NCBI GenBank assembly: GCA_016721305.1 | Contig: JADKIH010000016.1 | Coordinates: 11,037-75,036 of the forward strand | DNA length: 64,000 bases | Source of the DNA: Bacteroidota bacterium | GTDB taxonomy: Bacteria > Bacteroidota > Bacteroidia > AKYH767-A > 2013-40CM-41-45 | Direction: 5' to 3' | Position numbers and translations under genes: made by a program | Notes under the pieces: model-generated | What the model was told of the DNA's origin: nothing | Database searches by the model: none | Seen by the model: the letters and a program-made list of their open reading frames with translations, nothing else | Part shown: piece after piece, positions 49,480-58,950 of the stretch | Layout: every line of letters begins with the position of its first letter | Position numbering within the stretch: the stretch's first letter is position 1

Positions 49480-50579
49480 GTATGGAAAGGAAAATAGCCA
49501 TTGTAGACCCCGTCGGCTGTAAAGCCGGCCTTGATCATTACGATCGGGAACTGGCTGCCTCTTTACGTAAACAAGGATTTTCTGTGGACATCTACAGCAA
49601 TTTTTCAGATACTGATGAAGAGCTTAGAGTCTTCCCATTTCGATTTTGGAGAAATCCTCTACTGATTCCTACTTTGTATTTAATTTATCGACGACTCATC
49701 GCCCGATGTGTAGCGACTAATATAAGAACCATTATCTGCCATTTGTTTCATGCGAATAAAATAGATCTCTGGTTTTTGAAACGTTGCAAACAGTTTAACT
49801 TATATACGATTGTTATTCTACACGATGTTGAAAGTCATTTGTCAAATACAGATAATGATCAGAAATTGGATGAGTGTCTCAATCAGGCAACTCAAATAAT
49901 CGTGCACTCGCAATTTTCCCGGGCTGAATTAGTGGCTAAATTCAATAAAAAGTACGAAGGAAATACAGTTACTATTCCACACGGGCATTTTCTTTCTCTT
50001 CCCACGCGTACATCGAGGATTGAGGCGTACAAGAAGCTTAAGTTAAACCCAAACAAAAAGTATGTTTTGTTTTTCGGAATGATTAAGCCCACAAAAGGCC
50101 TCGACGTTTTGATTAAGGCGATGAAAGATCAGAATGCTGATCTTATTATTGCCGGTCGTTTGAGAAAGCAATCATTCGATGAATTCGAGCAATTGATAAG
50201 CGAGAATAATCTGAGGGATCGGGTACATCGTTTTGTCAGATATATCAGCAATGATGAACGGGATTTGTTCTTTAAAGTGGCCGATTTAATTGTACTTCCG
50301 TATGAGAAGGTTTATCAAAGCGGAGTTTTGTTGATGGCAATGAGCTATGGTTTGCCTGTCGTTGTTTCGGATTTATTGCCATTCCGTGAAATTGTTCAGC
50401 ATAAGATAAACGGACTTGTCTTCAAGAAAGGTGATGTGGGCGATTTGTCGGAGAAAATTATGGAAGCTCTTTTAAAAACCGAGGAAACTGAATCCAGAGC
50501 AAAGAGAGCTCATGACGATATGAAAACCAATCACAGTTGGGATGATTTCGCCGATAAAGTGAAAGGAATGATTGGATGA
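49476..50579 (+). CDS. GT-B fold glycosyltransferase (family 4-like)
   Basis: C-terminal Glycos_transf_1-like region (LPYEKVYQSGVLLMAMSYGLPVVVSD...NGLVF). 4-nt overlaps with both neighbours. Confidence 0.8.
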   Translation: MSMERKIAIVDPVGCKAGLDHYDRELAASLRKQGFSVDIYSNFSDTDEELRVFPFRFWRNPLLIPTLYLIYRRLIARCVATNIRTIICHLFHANKIDLWFLKRCKQFNLYTIVILHDVESHLSNTDNDQKLDECLNQATQIIVHSQFSRAELVAKFNKKYEGNTVTIPHGHFLSLPTRTSRIEAYKKLKLNPNKKYVLFFGMIKPTKGLDVLIKAMKDQNADLIIAGRLRKQSFDEFEQLISENNLRDRVHRFVRYISNDERDLFFKVADLIVLPYEKVYQSGVLLMAMSYGLPVVVSDLLPFREIVQHKINGLVFKKGDVGDLSEKIMEALLKTEETESRAKRAHDDMKTNHSWDDFADKVKGMIG

Positions 50580-51667
50580 AAGTAGCAATTATAGGTACTC
50601 GCGGAATTCCGGCTGCCTATGGCGGTTTTGAAACTTTCGCCTTCCGTTTGTCTGCAGGTTTGGCAGAAGCAGGTATCGATATAACTGTGGTCAATGAGAA
50701 GTCACATGTGTGTACTATTCCATTGGCGAAGAATATTCAGGTTGTTCACTCTAATTACGACAAGTCTACGAACCCATTGCAATTCTATAGAGATTCTCTG
50801 CGAATGACGGAAAATGAGCATGACATTGTTTTGGTTTGCGGAGTGGGCGGTGCTTTCTTTTATCCGAATAAAAATGCAAGAGCTATAATTATCACCAATG
50901 TGGATGGCCTTGAACATTTGCGAAAGAAGTATACATTTTTGCAGCGGCGATTGGTGTACATGTTGCAGAGAATTGCTAACAAGCGAAGCGATTATCTTAT
51001 CGCAGATTCAAAGGAAGTCGAAAGCTATTGGAAAAAACGTTTTGCGAATTCTTCCGAAAAACTCCGCTCCATTTCTTACGGCGCCGATTTAATATCGCAA
51101 GCGAATGAGAGCCTGCTTCAAAAATTTGGAATAGAGGCAGAGAATTATTTTCTTGTTATTGCACGCTTGGTGCCGGAGAATAATATTGAAATGATTATTA
51201 ATGGGTTTAAAATGTCAGGCTCCCGGCGAAAGTTGGTAATACTGGGTGACACGAACGATAATCCATATAGTAGAGATGTGGCTAAAATGGCTTCTGATAG
51301 CATAATCTTCGCGGGTGCAATCTACGATGAAGAAATTGTACGTGCGTTGAGATTTCATGCTTTTGCATATCTTCATGGCCATTCTGTTGGTGGGACGAAT
51401 CCATCTTTAGTCGAAGCAATGGCCGCAAGTTGTGCTTGTGTTTGTTTTAAAACGGTATTTAATTCAGAAGTTACAAACGATAAGCAATTATCTTTTATTT
51501 CAAGCGATGAATTATCGGCGCAGCTGAATTTGCTTGAATCGAATGAAACATTACGCAAGCGAATGAAGAAAGATGCATTCGAACTTGCGAAGAATAATTA
51601 TTCATGGGAAGGAATCACGACTTCTTACATTACACTCTTTAATAAGCTACTCGGTGAGCGAAGATAA
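50576..51667 (+). CDS. Glycosyltransferase with a DUF1972-type N-terminal domain plus a GT1 domain
   Basis: MKVAIIGTRGIPAAYGGFETF is the characteristic DUF1972 start. The C-terminal half has HGHSVGGTNPSLVEAMA. Confidence 0.8.
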   Translation: MKVAIIGTRGIPAAYGGFETFAFRLSAGLAEAGIDITVVNEKSHVCTIPLAKNIQVVHSNYDKSTNPLQFYRDSLRMTENEHDIVLVCGVGGAFFYPNKNARAIIITNVDGLEHLRKKYTFLQRRLVYMLQRIANKRSDYLIADSKEVESYWKKRFANSSEKLRSISYGADLISQANESLLQKFGIEAENYFLVIARLVPENNIEMIINGFKMSGSRRKLVILGDTNDNPYSRDVAKMASDSIIFAGAIYDEEIVRALRFHAFAYLHGHSVGGTNPSLVEAMAASCACVCFKTVFNSEVTNDKQLSFISSDELSAQLNLLESNETLRKRMKKDAFELAKNNYSWEGITTSYITLFNKLLGERR

Positions 51668-52706
51668 ACAGATACGATTTTGGGGTGATGAACCTTTTGG
51701 CAGATTGGCAAGATTGGCTTCATCAACCTATTCCGGTCGTGAGATTGCTGATTCCGATTATCTCGAATGGGAGTATAGCGCCAATCCTGATGGGAATGCC
51801 ATCATTGCGGTGGAAGAGGAGAGGAAAAATCTGAATGGTCAATATTTGGTACTGCCACGAAAATATTGGGATGGAAAGAGTATTCTTCGTGGTTCGCTTT
51901 CGGTGAACACGCTTACTCATCCCGCAGTCCGTGGCAAAGGGGTTTTTCCGCGTCTTGCAGAAAAAGTTTATGAAGAATGTGTAAAGGGTAAGATTGATAT
52001 CACATTGGGATTTCCCAATCCGGCTTCTAAGCCGATATTTCTTAGTAAGCTTAATTTTCAAAGCATAGGTGAGCTTGATTTGTATGTGAAAACAATCAAT
52101 CCGATTCGTGCTGCATTTACCGTAATATTTAATCGAAGAAATAAAAGCGGTGAAGAAATATTTTCAAATAATGAAGAGGCGCATTCAAGTTCCGTTTCCA
52201 GATTCAGTTTTCAGAACGATTCAGAATTGTACCAAGCTTTTCTGAAAAAGTTCAATTCGGCTGATCGGATCACTACTTATCGTTCTCCTGAGTTTTTGAA
52301 ATGGCGTTATATGCAAGTTCCGATTCGACGTTATTCTATTCTCAAAGAGAAGAATGAAAATGGAATCACTGCTCTTGCTGTTATTCGTATGAAATACATT
52401 TATGGCCTGCGTTGTGGCATTGTTACCGATCTTATGACGGATGGAGAAGTAGATTCGGGAAAGAAAATCATCTCTGAAATTCACCGTATGTCGGCCACCG
52501 ATAATCTCGATTTGCTCATTTTCGCCGGCTCAGGAAATTCTCGCGAGGCAAAACTTGTAACCCAAAACGGTTTCCGTAAAATGTCGAGCAAGTTATTGCC
52601 ACAATCGTTGACAGCCATTCTACGGGTTCACAATACTGAAATTTCGGCGGAAGATTTCCCGGAGTCGAAGTGGTTTCTTACTTTCGGGGATTACGATATT
52701 TTTTAA
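51654..52706 (+). CDS. FemAB/GNAT-fold acyltransferase-like protein
   Basis: The ORF is open from 51573 but overlaps the previous gene by 95 nt. I prefer the GTG at 51654. The VRGKGVF acetyltransferase-like motif is present. Its position beside a DUF3473-type deacetylase mirrors PEP-CTERM-type EPS loci (from memory). Confidence 0.5.
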   Translation: MSEDKQIRFWGDEPFGRLARLASSTYSGREIADSDYLEWEYSANPDGNAIIAVEEERKNLNGQYLVLPRKYWDGKSILRGSLSVNTLTHPAVRGKGVFPRLAEKVYEECVKGKIDITLGFPNPASKPIFLSKLNFQSIGELDLYVKTINPIRAAFTVIFNRRNKSGEEIFSNNEEAHSSSVSRFSFQNDSELYQAFLKKFNSADRITTYRSPEFLKWRYMQVPIRRYSILKEKNENGITALAVIRMKYIYGLRCGIVTDLMTDGEVDSGKKIISEIHRMSATDNLDLLIFAGSGNSREAKLVTQNGFRKMSSKLLPQSLTAILRVHNTEISAEDFPESKWFLTFGDYDIF

Positions 52707-52707
52707 G

Positions 52708-53553
52708 ATGAAAATTCTGACGATCGACTTAGAAGACTGGTTTCATATTCTGGCTCATTCCGAAACGGAGCGACCTGAGCAATGGGAGCGGTTTGAAAGC
52801 AGAGTAGAGCGAAATACTGATCGTATTTTGGAAGCCTTAGATCAAAGAAATATTCGAGCTACTTTTTTTGTACTCGGATGGATTGCCGAGCGTTTTCCCG
52901 AGCTTGTGAAGAGAGTAGGCGAGAAGCATGAGCTTGCTTGCCATTCGTACAGTCATCAATTATTGTATAAGCAAAGCCGGAAGGAGTTTGCTGAGGATTT
53001 GAAAAGGTGTATTTCGACGATAGAGCAGGTTAGCGGACAGAAATTGCGTATTTACCGTGCTCCCGGATTTTCATTGCAACGCGACCATCATTATATTTTC
53101 GAAGAGCTCTGCAAAAATAAAATAGAAATTGATGCTTCAGTTTTCCCTGCCGTAAGAAATCATGGCGGTATTCCGGGATTCCCTTTTGCATCGCCGTGTC
53201 TGATAAAGGGAAGTAATTTCCTCATCAAGGAATTTCCGATGAGCACAAGTTCGCTTTTAGGAAAGCAAATTGTTTTCTCAGGTGGCGGATATTTTCGCTT
53301 GCTTCCTTATTCTATTATCCGGTCGAAAATGAAAAGTTCGGAATACGTGATGACGTATTTTCATCCACGCGATTTTGATCCGGAACAACCGATGATTCAA
53401 TCATTGCCGATGAAACGTAAGTTTATGTCGTACGTTGGCTTAAAAGGCTCTTTCGAAAAGTATAGTAAAATGCTGGATCAATTTCCACATACATCAATCG
53501 GACAGGCTGATGAGTCGATTGATTGGACGGGGGTGCCTGTGGTGCATTTTTGA
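52708..53553 (+). CDS. Polysaccharide deacetylase (DUF3473 / PEP-CTERM-locus subtype)
   Basis: MKILTIDLEDWFH start, NIRATFFVLG, the histidine motif CHSYSH and RAPGFS. Confidence 0.8.
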   Translation: MKILTIDLEDWFHILAHSETERPEQWERFESRVERNTDRILEALDQRNIRATFFVLGWIAERFPELVKRVGEKHELACHSYSHQLLYKQSRKEFAEDLKRCISTIEQVSGQKLRIYRAPGFSLQRDHHYIFEELCKNKIEIDASVFPAVRNHGGIPGFPFASPCLIKGSNFLIKEFPMSTSSLLGKQIVFSGGGYFRLLPYSIIRSKMKSSEYVMTYFHPRDFDPEQPMIQSLPMKRKFMSYVGLKGSFEKYSKMLDQFPHTSIGQADESIDWTGVPVVHF

Positions 53554-53565
53554 CGCATCGCTGAT

Positions 53566-53773
53566 TAGATGATTAGCTGATTGGGTGATTAGCTGATTAG
53601 CTGATGAAGGGGGCGCGGGTTTTATTCGACTTCTTGGCGGAAAGGTTAGAATTTGATGATTGGAGTGCATAAAAAAGCCACTTGCATTTTATTTCGTCCT
53701 ACAGATCGATCTTTTCTAAAATGCAAGTGGTATGGAATTGGCTCATCAGCTAATCACCTAATCAGCTAATCAT
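53566..53773. repeat. Inverted pair of GATTAGCT-type octamer arrays flanking a spacer of about 135 nt
   Basis: The left arm at 53566-53607 is gattagatgattagctgattgggtgattagctgattagctga. The reverse complement of the right arm at 53743-53773 is gattagctgattaggtgattagctgatgag. Confidence 0.7.
53678..53730 (-). terminator. Terminator hairpin for the sqr-tusE-dsrE operon
   Basis: A perfect 14-bp stem (ccacttgcatttta / taaaatgcaagtgg) with a 25-nt loop. On the minus strand it is followed by cTTTTTTat. Confidence 0.6.
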
Positions 53774-53781
53774 GCCAAAAG

Positions 53782-54264
53782 CTAGATAAACAACATGTGC
53801 GTTCCAATCCCTGCACCCTTCTTGTAAAATTCGCCAACAGTAATTACGCCACCAATTCCTTCGTACATATCTTCCTTCTTAAGGTGGAACATTTCCATGG
53901 CAAGCTTACAAGCCCACATTTTTACGCCTGATGCTTTTAGGATATCCAGGAACTCGTGCACACCCGGCATATCCAATTTATCCATTTCCTTTTTCATCAT
54001 TGATGTTGCCAAAGCTTCCATTCCCGGCAGACCTCCAAGCATAGTCGGTATATGCATGGCCGGATTTCCGACAGTGGCAACATGAAGATGTTCAAGTTTC
54101 TTTTTATGAATGGCTTCCAGTCCGAAGAATGTGAAAAACACTTCGGCTTCGATTCCTTCCATTCGCGCGCCATTTGCCAAAACAAAGGCTGCGTATACGT
54201 TTTCGAGAGTTGCTTTAGAGAGAATGATCATCATCTTTCTCACTTCACCATTATATTCAGTCAT
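53782..54264 (-). CDS. DsrE/DsrF-like sulfur-relay family protein
   Basis: 160 aa with an alpha/beta pattern, a conserved-looking Cys context (KMWACKLAM) and an N-terminal IILSKATLE strand typical of DsrE-like proteins. Confidence 0.7.
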   Translation of the reverse strand: MTEYNGEVRKMMIILSKATLENVYAAFVLANGARMEGIEAEVFFTFFGLEAIHKKKLEHLHVATVGNPAMHIPTMLGGLPGMEALATSMMKKEMDKLDMPGVHEFLDILKASGVKMWACKLAMEMFHLKKEDMYEGIGGVITVGEFYKKGAGIGTHMLFI

Positions 54265-54287
54265 GATCTTGAGTTTTTAAACTGTTA

Positions 54288-54599
54288 TTAGATGCAACTA
54301 GCCGGTTTTGGAATGCCTGCAATCTTCGTTGCTTTTTTTAATGGACCCTGAGGGAAGAGTGCGTAGAATTTTTCAATATCTACAACACCGCTTTTTCCAA
54401 TTTTGCGAATGCTCAGCGGGATTTCTTTTTTGTACTGATCCTGCAAGTAGTCGATGATGCTCCAGTGTTCGTTTGTTAATTCGGGAATGCCTTCTTCTTT
54501 TGCAATTTCAGTTGCTATATTTTTATCCCATTGAGAGAAATCTGTGAGGTAACCTTCTTCATTTACCTGAATTGTTTTACCATTGATAGCTTTTTCCAT
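54288..54599 (-). CDS. TusE/DsrC/DsvC-family sulfur carrier
   Basis: 103 aa. EEGYL.D...W, HW.II.YL..YY-like motifs and a C-terminal arm ...GIPKPASCI with a penultimate Cys. Confidence 0.8.
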   Translation of the reverse strand: MEKAINGKTIQVNEEGYLTDFSQWDKNIATEIAKEEGIPELTNEHWSIIDYLQDQYKKEIPLSIRKIGKSGVVDIEKFYALFPQGPLKKATKIAGIPKPASCI

Positions 54600-54618
54600 A
54601 ATGTTTATTTTAGTCTGA

Positions 54619-55851
54619 TTAATAATGTTTTCCTTCTGTTTGCATGGCTGTTGAAACGAATGGAATGTGTGTGCCTTTCAGCAGCATATTCCAGTAGATC
54701 CAACGGAAAGCAAGCTTACCCATGTGATTCATTCTGCTTTCCTTCAATAATCTCAGCGGACCAATGCCCGGGAACGGGAATGTTCCTTCTACCGGTTCAT
54801 GAGTGTAATTGAAATCGATCAATAAGGCTTTGCCATTTCCTGTTTCAATAAAGCAATTGGCATGACCGTCGAACTCTTCTTTTAATGGCTCGCCTTTTAT
54901 ATAGCGTAAGATGTTCTCGGTTAAAATTTCCGCTTCGAAGTGTGAAACAGAACCGGCTTTGCTGGCAGGAATATTTGTTGCATCTCCCAATACGAAGATA
55001 TCCTGATATTCCATTGACTGTAACGTAGCTTTATTGGTCGGAACATAATTCAAATCGTCGCCGATTCCTGAACGTTCAATCAAAGCATCACCTTTATTTG
55101 TAGGAACTGTAACCAATAAGTCAAATGGAACTTCACGGCCTTCGTAATCGATGATTACTTTCTTCTCATTGTCTACTTTTTTAATTCCAAAATCGTTGAC
55201 CTGATGAATATTCTTTTCAACTAATAAATGGCTGAGTGCTTCAGTAGCTTTCGGTTTGGTAAACGCACCGCTAAGAGGAGTCACGTATGTGATCTCAACT
55301 TTATCGCGCATTTTTTTATTCTTAAAGTAAGAGTCAGCTAAGAATGCAAATTCCAACGGAGCAACCGGGCATTTAATCGGCATCTCTGTAATATGAACAA
55401 CAAGTTTTCCACCTGTCCAGTCACGTAATTTATCTCTCAAAGCCAAAGAACCTTCAAAAGTGTAGAAATCGAATACACTCTTATGCCATTCTGCTCCATC
55501 CATTCCGTTCACTTCTTCGGGAGCAATATTGCAACCGGTGGCAATAATCAGAATGTCGTAGTGAAGAACATCGCCATTTTCCATAACAACACTCTTCTCT
55601 TTCGGGTCAATCTTTTTTGCTTTGTCGCTAATCAAATTGGCAGATTTCGGGATGAACTCGTTTATCGGTTTCACAATGTCTTCCGGTCCGTAAATGTCGA
55701 ATGGAAGAAAGAGGTATCCCGGCTGATAATAATGTTCCTGACGATGATCAACGATATCGATCTCCCAGGTTTTTGTATCTAAGTGATGACTCAGGTGATT
55801 CGCCATCATTGTTCCTGCTGTTCCGGCACCGAGGATTAGAATCTTTTTCAT
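54619..55851 (-). CDS. sqr: FAD-dependent sulfide:quinone oxidoreductase-like flavoprotein
   Basis: Rossmann motif KILILGAGTAGT, Cys motifs IKCPVAPLEF and HANCFIETG, and GDATNIPASKAGS. 410 aa. Confidence 0.65.
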   Translation of the reverse strand: MKKILILGAGTAGTMMANHLSHHLDTKTWEIDIVDHRQEHYYQPGYLFLPFDIYGPEDIVKPINEFIPKSANLISDKAKKIDPKEKSVVMENGDVLHYDILIIATGCNIAPEEVNGMDGAEWHKSVFDFYTFEGSLALRDKLRDWTGGKLVVHITEMPIKCPVAPLEFAFLADSYFKNKKMRDKVEITYVTPLSGAFTKPKATEALSHLLVEKNIHQVNDFGIKKVDNEKKVIIDYEGREVPFDLLVTVPTNKGDALIERSGIGDDLNYVPTNKATLQSMEYQDIFVLGDATNIPASKAGSVSHFEAEILTENILRYIKGEPLKEEFDGHANCFIETGNGKALLIDFNYTHEPVEGTFPFPGIGPLRLLKESRMNHMGKLAFRWIYWNMLLKGTHIPFVSTAMQTEGKHY

Positions 55852-56198
55852 AACGATTATTTTTTACTGTAACTTTTATACTGTAAAGGTAGAGTGAAGT
55901 TGGAGCGATTGTTATGAGTTAACTCAGATGCATTCATGCATTAAATCAAAAATCTTTGTAACCAATGTTACACAACTATTCCACTGATACTTCTAACTAG
56001 TCGTATTGATGTTGCATTGATGTTTTAAGAAAAAATGATCAAGCTCTATTTTGTATTTGGTGTGTAAATACCGTTTCCGGGAAAACTGAATTTTGAGGAA
56101 AAGCTTGTGGAAATTGTGAGAGGCAGGGGAGCAAAAACGGTAGAAAAGTGAGGTCTTCAGGAGAGCTTCCTTTTCAAAAAAAGCCCTATCTTTCGACC

Positions 56199-57791
56199 AT
56201 GGCCAGATTCCTGTTTTTAATTGTTGCTTTGCTGAGTTTTTCGGCAACATCTGCTCAAGAATACCTGTTTCCGCTCAATCGCGATGTCAATACTCGTATA
56301 GAGTCTTTTATCAATGCTGATACTACCGGCTTTCACTCTTCGGTAAAACCGTTTACAATGGCCGATGTGCAACGTGTCGTGCCGATTGATTCTATATTTC
56401 ATCCGATCGTTGGTAGCGGAAAGTTTTATTCAACTTGGGTCGGAAGGAAATTGAGAAAGGAACATTTGTTTGTGGTCAATGAAGATGACATTCTGCTTTC
56501 AGTCGATCCGATTTTCAATGTCCAGCTCGGACGTGAATCGGAAGCGAAAAGAAATTTATATGTGAATACGCGTGGTGTGCTCGTTCAGGGAAATGTGAAG
56601 AATAAGTTTTTCTTCTATACAGGTTTTCGCGAAAATCAGGCGCGTTATGCAACTTATGTCGATAGTTCGGTTCGGTTAACAGGTGTTGTTCCCGGACAAG
56701 GGATCGTTAAGTTCCTGGCAAAAGAGACATTTGATTTTAGTCAATCGTTTGGCGGTATTGCTTACACATTAGACAAGCATTTTGATTTTCTTTTTGCACA
56801 CGATAAGAATTTCATCGGCGATGGATATCGTTCTCTTGCTTTATCTGATAACGCATACAATTATCCGTTTCTGCGAATTAATATGACGTTTTGGAAATTT
56901 CGCTACTCGGTGATTTATGCCGTGCTGCGCGATTTGCAAACTCCGATTGATCCGAATGTGGGTTTTTATAAAAAGTATTCTACTACGCACAATTTGGATA
57001 TCAATATTGGTAAGAAGAATAAGCTTACAGTCAGCATTTTTGAAACTGTTATGTGGAAACCGGCGGCTTCACGTGGTTACGAGCTGGCTTATCTGAATCC
57101 GATCTTATTCTTACGACCGGTAGAAAACTCTCTCGGTTCACCGGATAATGTTTTGCTTGCTTCTAATGTGCGATGGAAAATTAATTCGCATCATACAATT
57201 TACGGACAGCTCATGCTCGATGAGTTTTTACTCGACGAAGTTCGCTCCGGAAAAGGTTGGTGGGGAAATAAACAAGGCTTTCAGTTGGGTTACAAAACGT
57301 GTGATGTTTTCAAAGTTCGTAATTTGAATTTCCAAACGGAATTCAATTTCGTTCGACCGTTTACCTATCAGCATCGCAGCTCTGAACAAAATTATGTACA
57401 CTACAATCAGGCAATCGCTCACCCGCTGGGAGCAAACTTTATTGAATCGGTTAGCTTCGTGAATTATCGAATCGGTAATTTCTTTGCGGAAGTGAAAATT
57501 CAATATGCGCAGTTGGGAAGAGATACAGCGAATGTAAATTTGGGTAGTAATATATTCGACAGCTACGATAGTCGCTCAGCTGACTATGGTTTCCGTGTTT
57601 TAAACGGAAGAAAATGCACGCTTTCGTCTGCCGATTTACGAGTGAACTATCTGGTAAATCCGCGAACTAATTTTGTCATAGAAGGCGGAGTAACTATGCG
57701 AACATTAAAAAGCGATATTCAAAACGATAAATCAACAATTATTTATTTCGGACTTCGAACTTCGCTGGAAAATTTCTACTTCGATTTTTAA
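56199..57791 (+). CDS. Outer-membrane protein, capsule-assembly Wzi / gliding RemB-like
   Basis: The ATG at 56199 gives the signal peptide MARFLFLIVALLSFSATSAQ. The N-terminal YLFPLNRD...HSSVKPF pattern and a C-terminal barrel ending ...ENFYFDF fit this class. The family is assigned from memory only. Confidence 0.45.
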   Translation: MARFLFLIVALLSFSATSAQEYLFPLNRDVNTRIESFINADTTGFHSSVKPFTMADVQRVVPIDSIFHPIVGSGKFYSTWVGRKLRKEHLFVVNEDDILLSVDPIFNVQLGRESEAKRNLYVNTRGVLVQGNVKNKFFFYTGFRENQARYATYVDSSVRLTGVVPGQGIVKFLAKETFDFSQSFGGIAYTLDKHFDFLFAHDKNFIGDGYRSLALSDNAYNYPFLRINMTFWKFRYSVIYAVLRDLQTPIDPNVGFYKKYSTTHNLDINIGKKNKLTVSIFETVMWKPAASRGYELAYLNPILFLRPVENSLGSPDNVLLASNVRWKINSHHTIYGQLMLDEFLLDEVRSGKGWWGNKQGFQLGYKTCDVFKVRNLNFQTEFNFVRPFTYQHRSSEQNYVHYNQAIAHPLGANFIESVSFVNYRIGNFFAEVKIQYAQLGRDTANVNLGSNIFDSYDSRSADYGFRVLNGRKCTLSSADLRVNYLVNPRTNFVIEGGVTMRTLKSDIQNDKSTIIYFGLRTSLENFYFDF

Positions 57792-57800
57792 AAACAACAA

Positions 57801-58853
57801 ATGCTGATTCTGGTTTTTCTTACAGCGTTCATGATTTCCTTTGCGGCGATTCCTTCGATCATCCGCATTGCGGGACGATTGCATCTATATGATGAACCGA
57901 ACGACCGGAAACGTCATGGGGAGAAAACTCCGCTTCTTGGCGGCGTAGCTGTTTTTGCTTCGATGCTTTTTGCATTCACATTAGCGGCAGCTCGTTATTT
58001 CGAACCGGCTAATATCTTTATCATTACCGCGCTCATATTGTTGTTTTTCTTTGGACTGCGTGATGATATTGCTCCGCTTGCACCACTAAAAAAATTATCC
58101 GGACAAGTTCTGGCAGCTATGATTGTCATTCTCTTTTCTGATATTCGTTTAACTAGCCTGCATGGACTCTTCGGCATTCATAGTTTGCCCTATGCTTTCT
58201 CAATCTTCATTTCACTAATCGTTATTCTCTTCATCGTGAATGCGTACAATTTGATCGACGGCATCGACGGATTGGCGGCCGGACTGGCGGTGATATCTTC
58301 TTTAGCGTTCGCCGGATTGTTTTTTGTTTACGGTGATATGCTCATGGCTATTCTCGCCGTTTCTCTCGGAGGAGCATTACTCGGATTTCTGCCGCATAAT
58401 TTTTACAAAGCGAGAATTTTCCTCGGCGATACCGGTACGATGACGATCGGATTCGTGCTTGCATTCTTCTCGCTTCATTTTATCAGTTTGGCGCGAACAA
58501 ATCCTGTCGAAGGCTGGTTCGATTATACTTCGGCACCTGTCATCGTCTTCGCCATTTTAGTGATCCCAATGATCGACGCACTCCGTGTCTTTACAATCCG
58601 GATCTTCAAATGGCGCTCTCCTTTCATCGGCGACCGGAATCACATCCACCATCGCCTGCTGGAAACTGGGTTAAAACCTCCTTTAGTATCAATTTTGCTT
58701 TATATAATCAATTCACTTTTTATCCTGTCAAGCTGGGTACTACGCGAATTCGATGCTACTTTTGTGCTGGTCGGATTGATTGCTACCGCACTGTTAATCA
58801 CTCAGTTACCTGTTATCTGGCTACGCTTTAAAAAGCAACGCCAAATCAGCTGA
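57801..58853 (+). CDS. Polyprenyl-phosphate HexNAc-1-phosphate transferase (WecA/MraY family)
   Basis: DEPNDRKRH, NAYNLIDGIDGLAAG and FLGDTGTM motifs. About 10 TM segments. Confidence 0.85.
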   Translation: MLILVFLTAFMISFAAIPSIIRIAGRLHLYDEPNDRKRHGEKTPLLGGVAVFASMLFAFTLAAARYFEPANIFIITALILLFFFGLRDDIAPLAPLKKLSGQVLAAMIVILFSDIRLTSLHGLFGIHSLPYAFSIFISLIVILFIVNAYNLIDGIDGLAAGLAVISSLAFAGLFFVYGDMLMAILAVSLGGALLGFLPHNFYKARIFLGDTGTMTIGFVLAFFSLHFISLARTNPVEGWFDYTSAPVIVFAILVIPMIDALRVFTIRIFKWRSPFIGDRNHIHHRLLETGLKPPLVSILLYIINSLFILSSWVLREFDATFVLVGLIATALLITQLPVIWLRFKKQRQIS

Positions 58854-58950
58854 AACTGCAACCAGAGTCCGCTTTTTAAGGTATAATGGAGCTGTCATAC
58901 GACAGTGAGAAGTCGCTATTTCAGTGGCTTTTCCAATGAATTCTCGTTAA

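Noticed and set aside
51573-51653. 95-nt overlap of the FemAB/GNAT-like ORF with the preceding glycosyltransferase, considered as a possible fusion or frameshift
   Set aside because: The upstream GT ends with a normal C-terminus and its own stop. A GTG at 51654 gives a conventional 14-nt overlap. No frameshift is needed.
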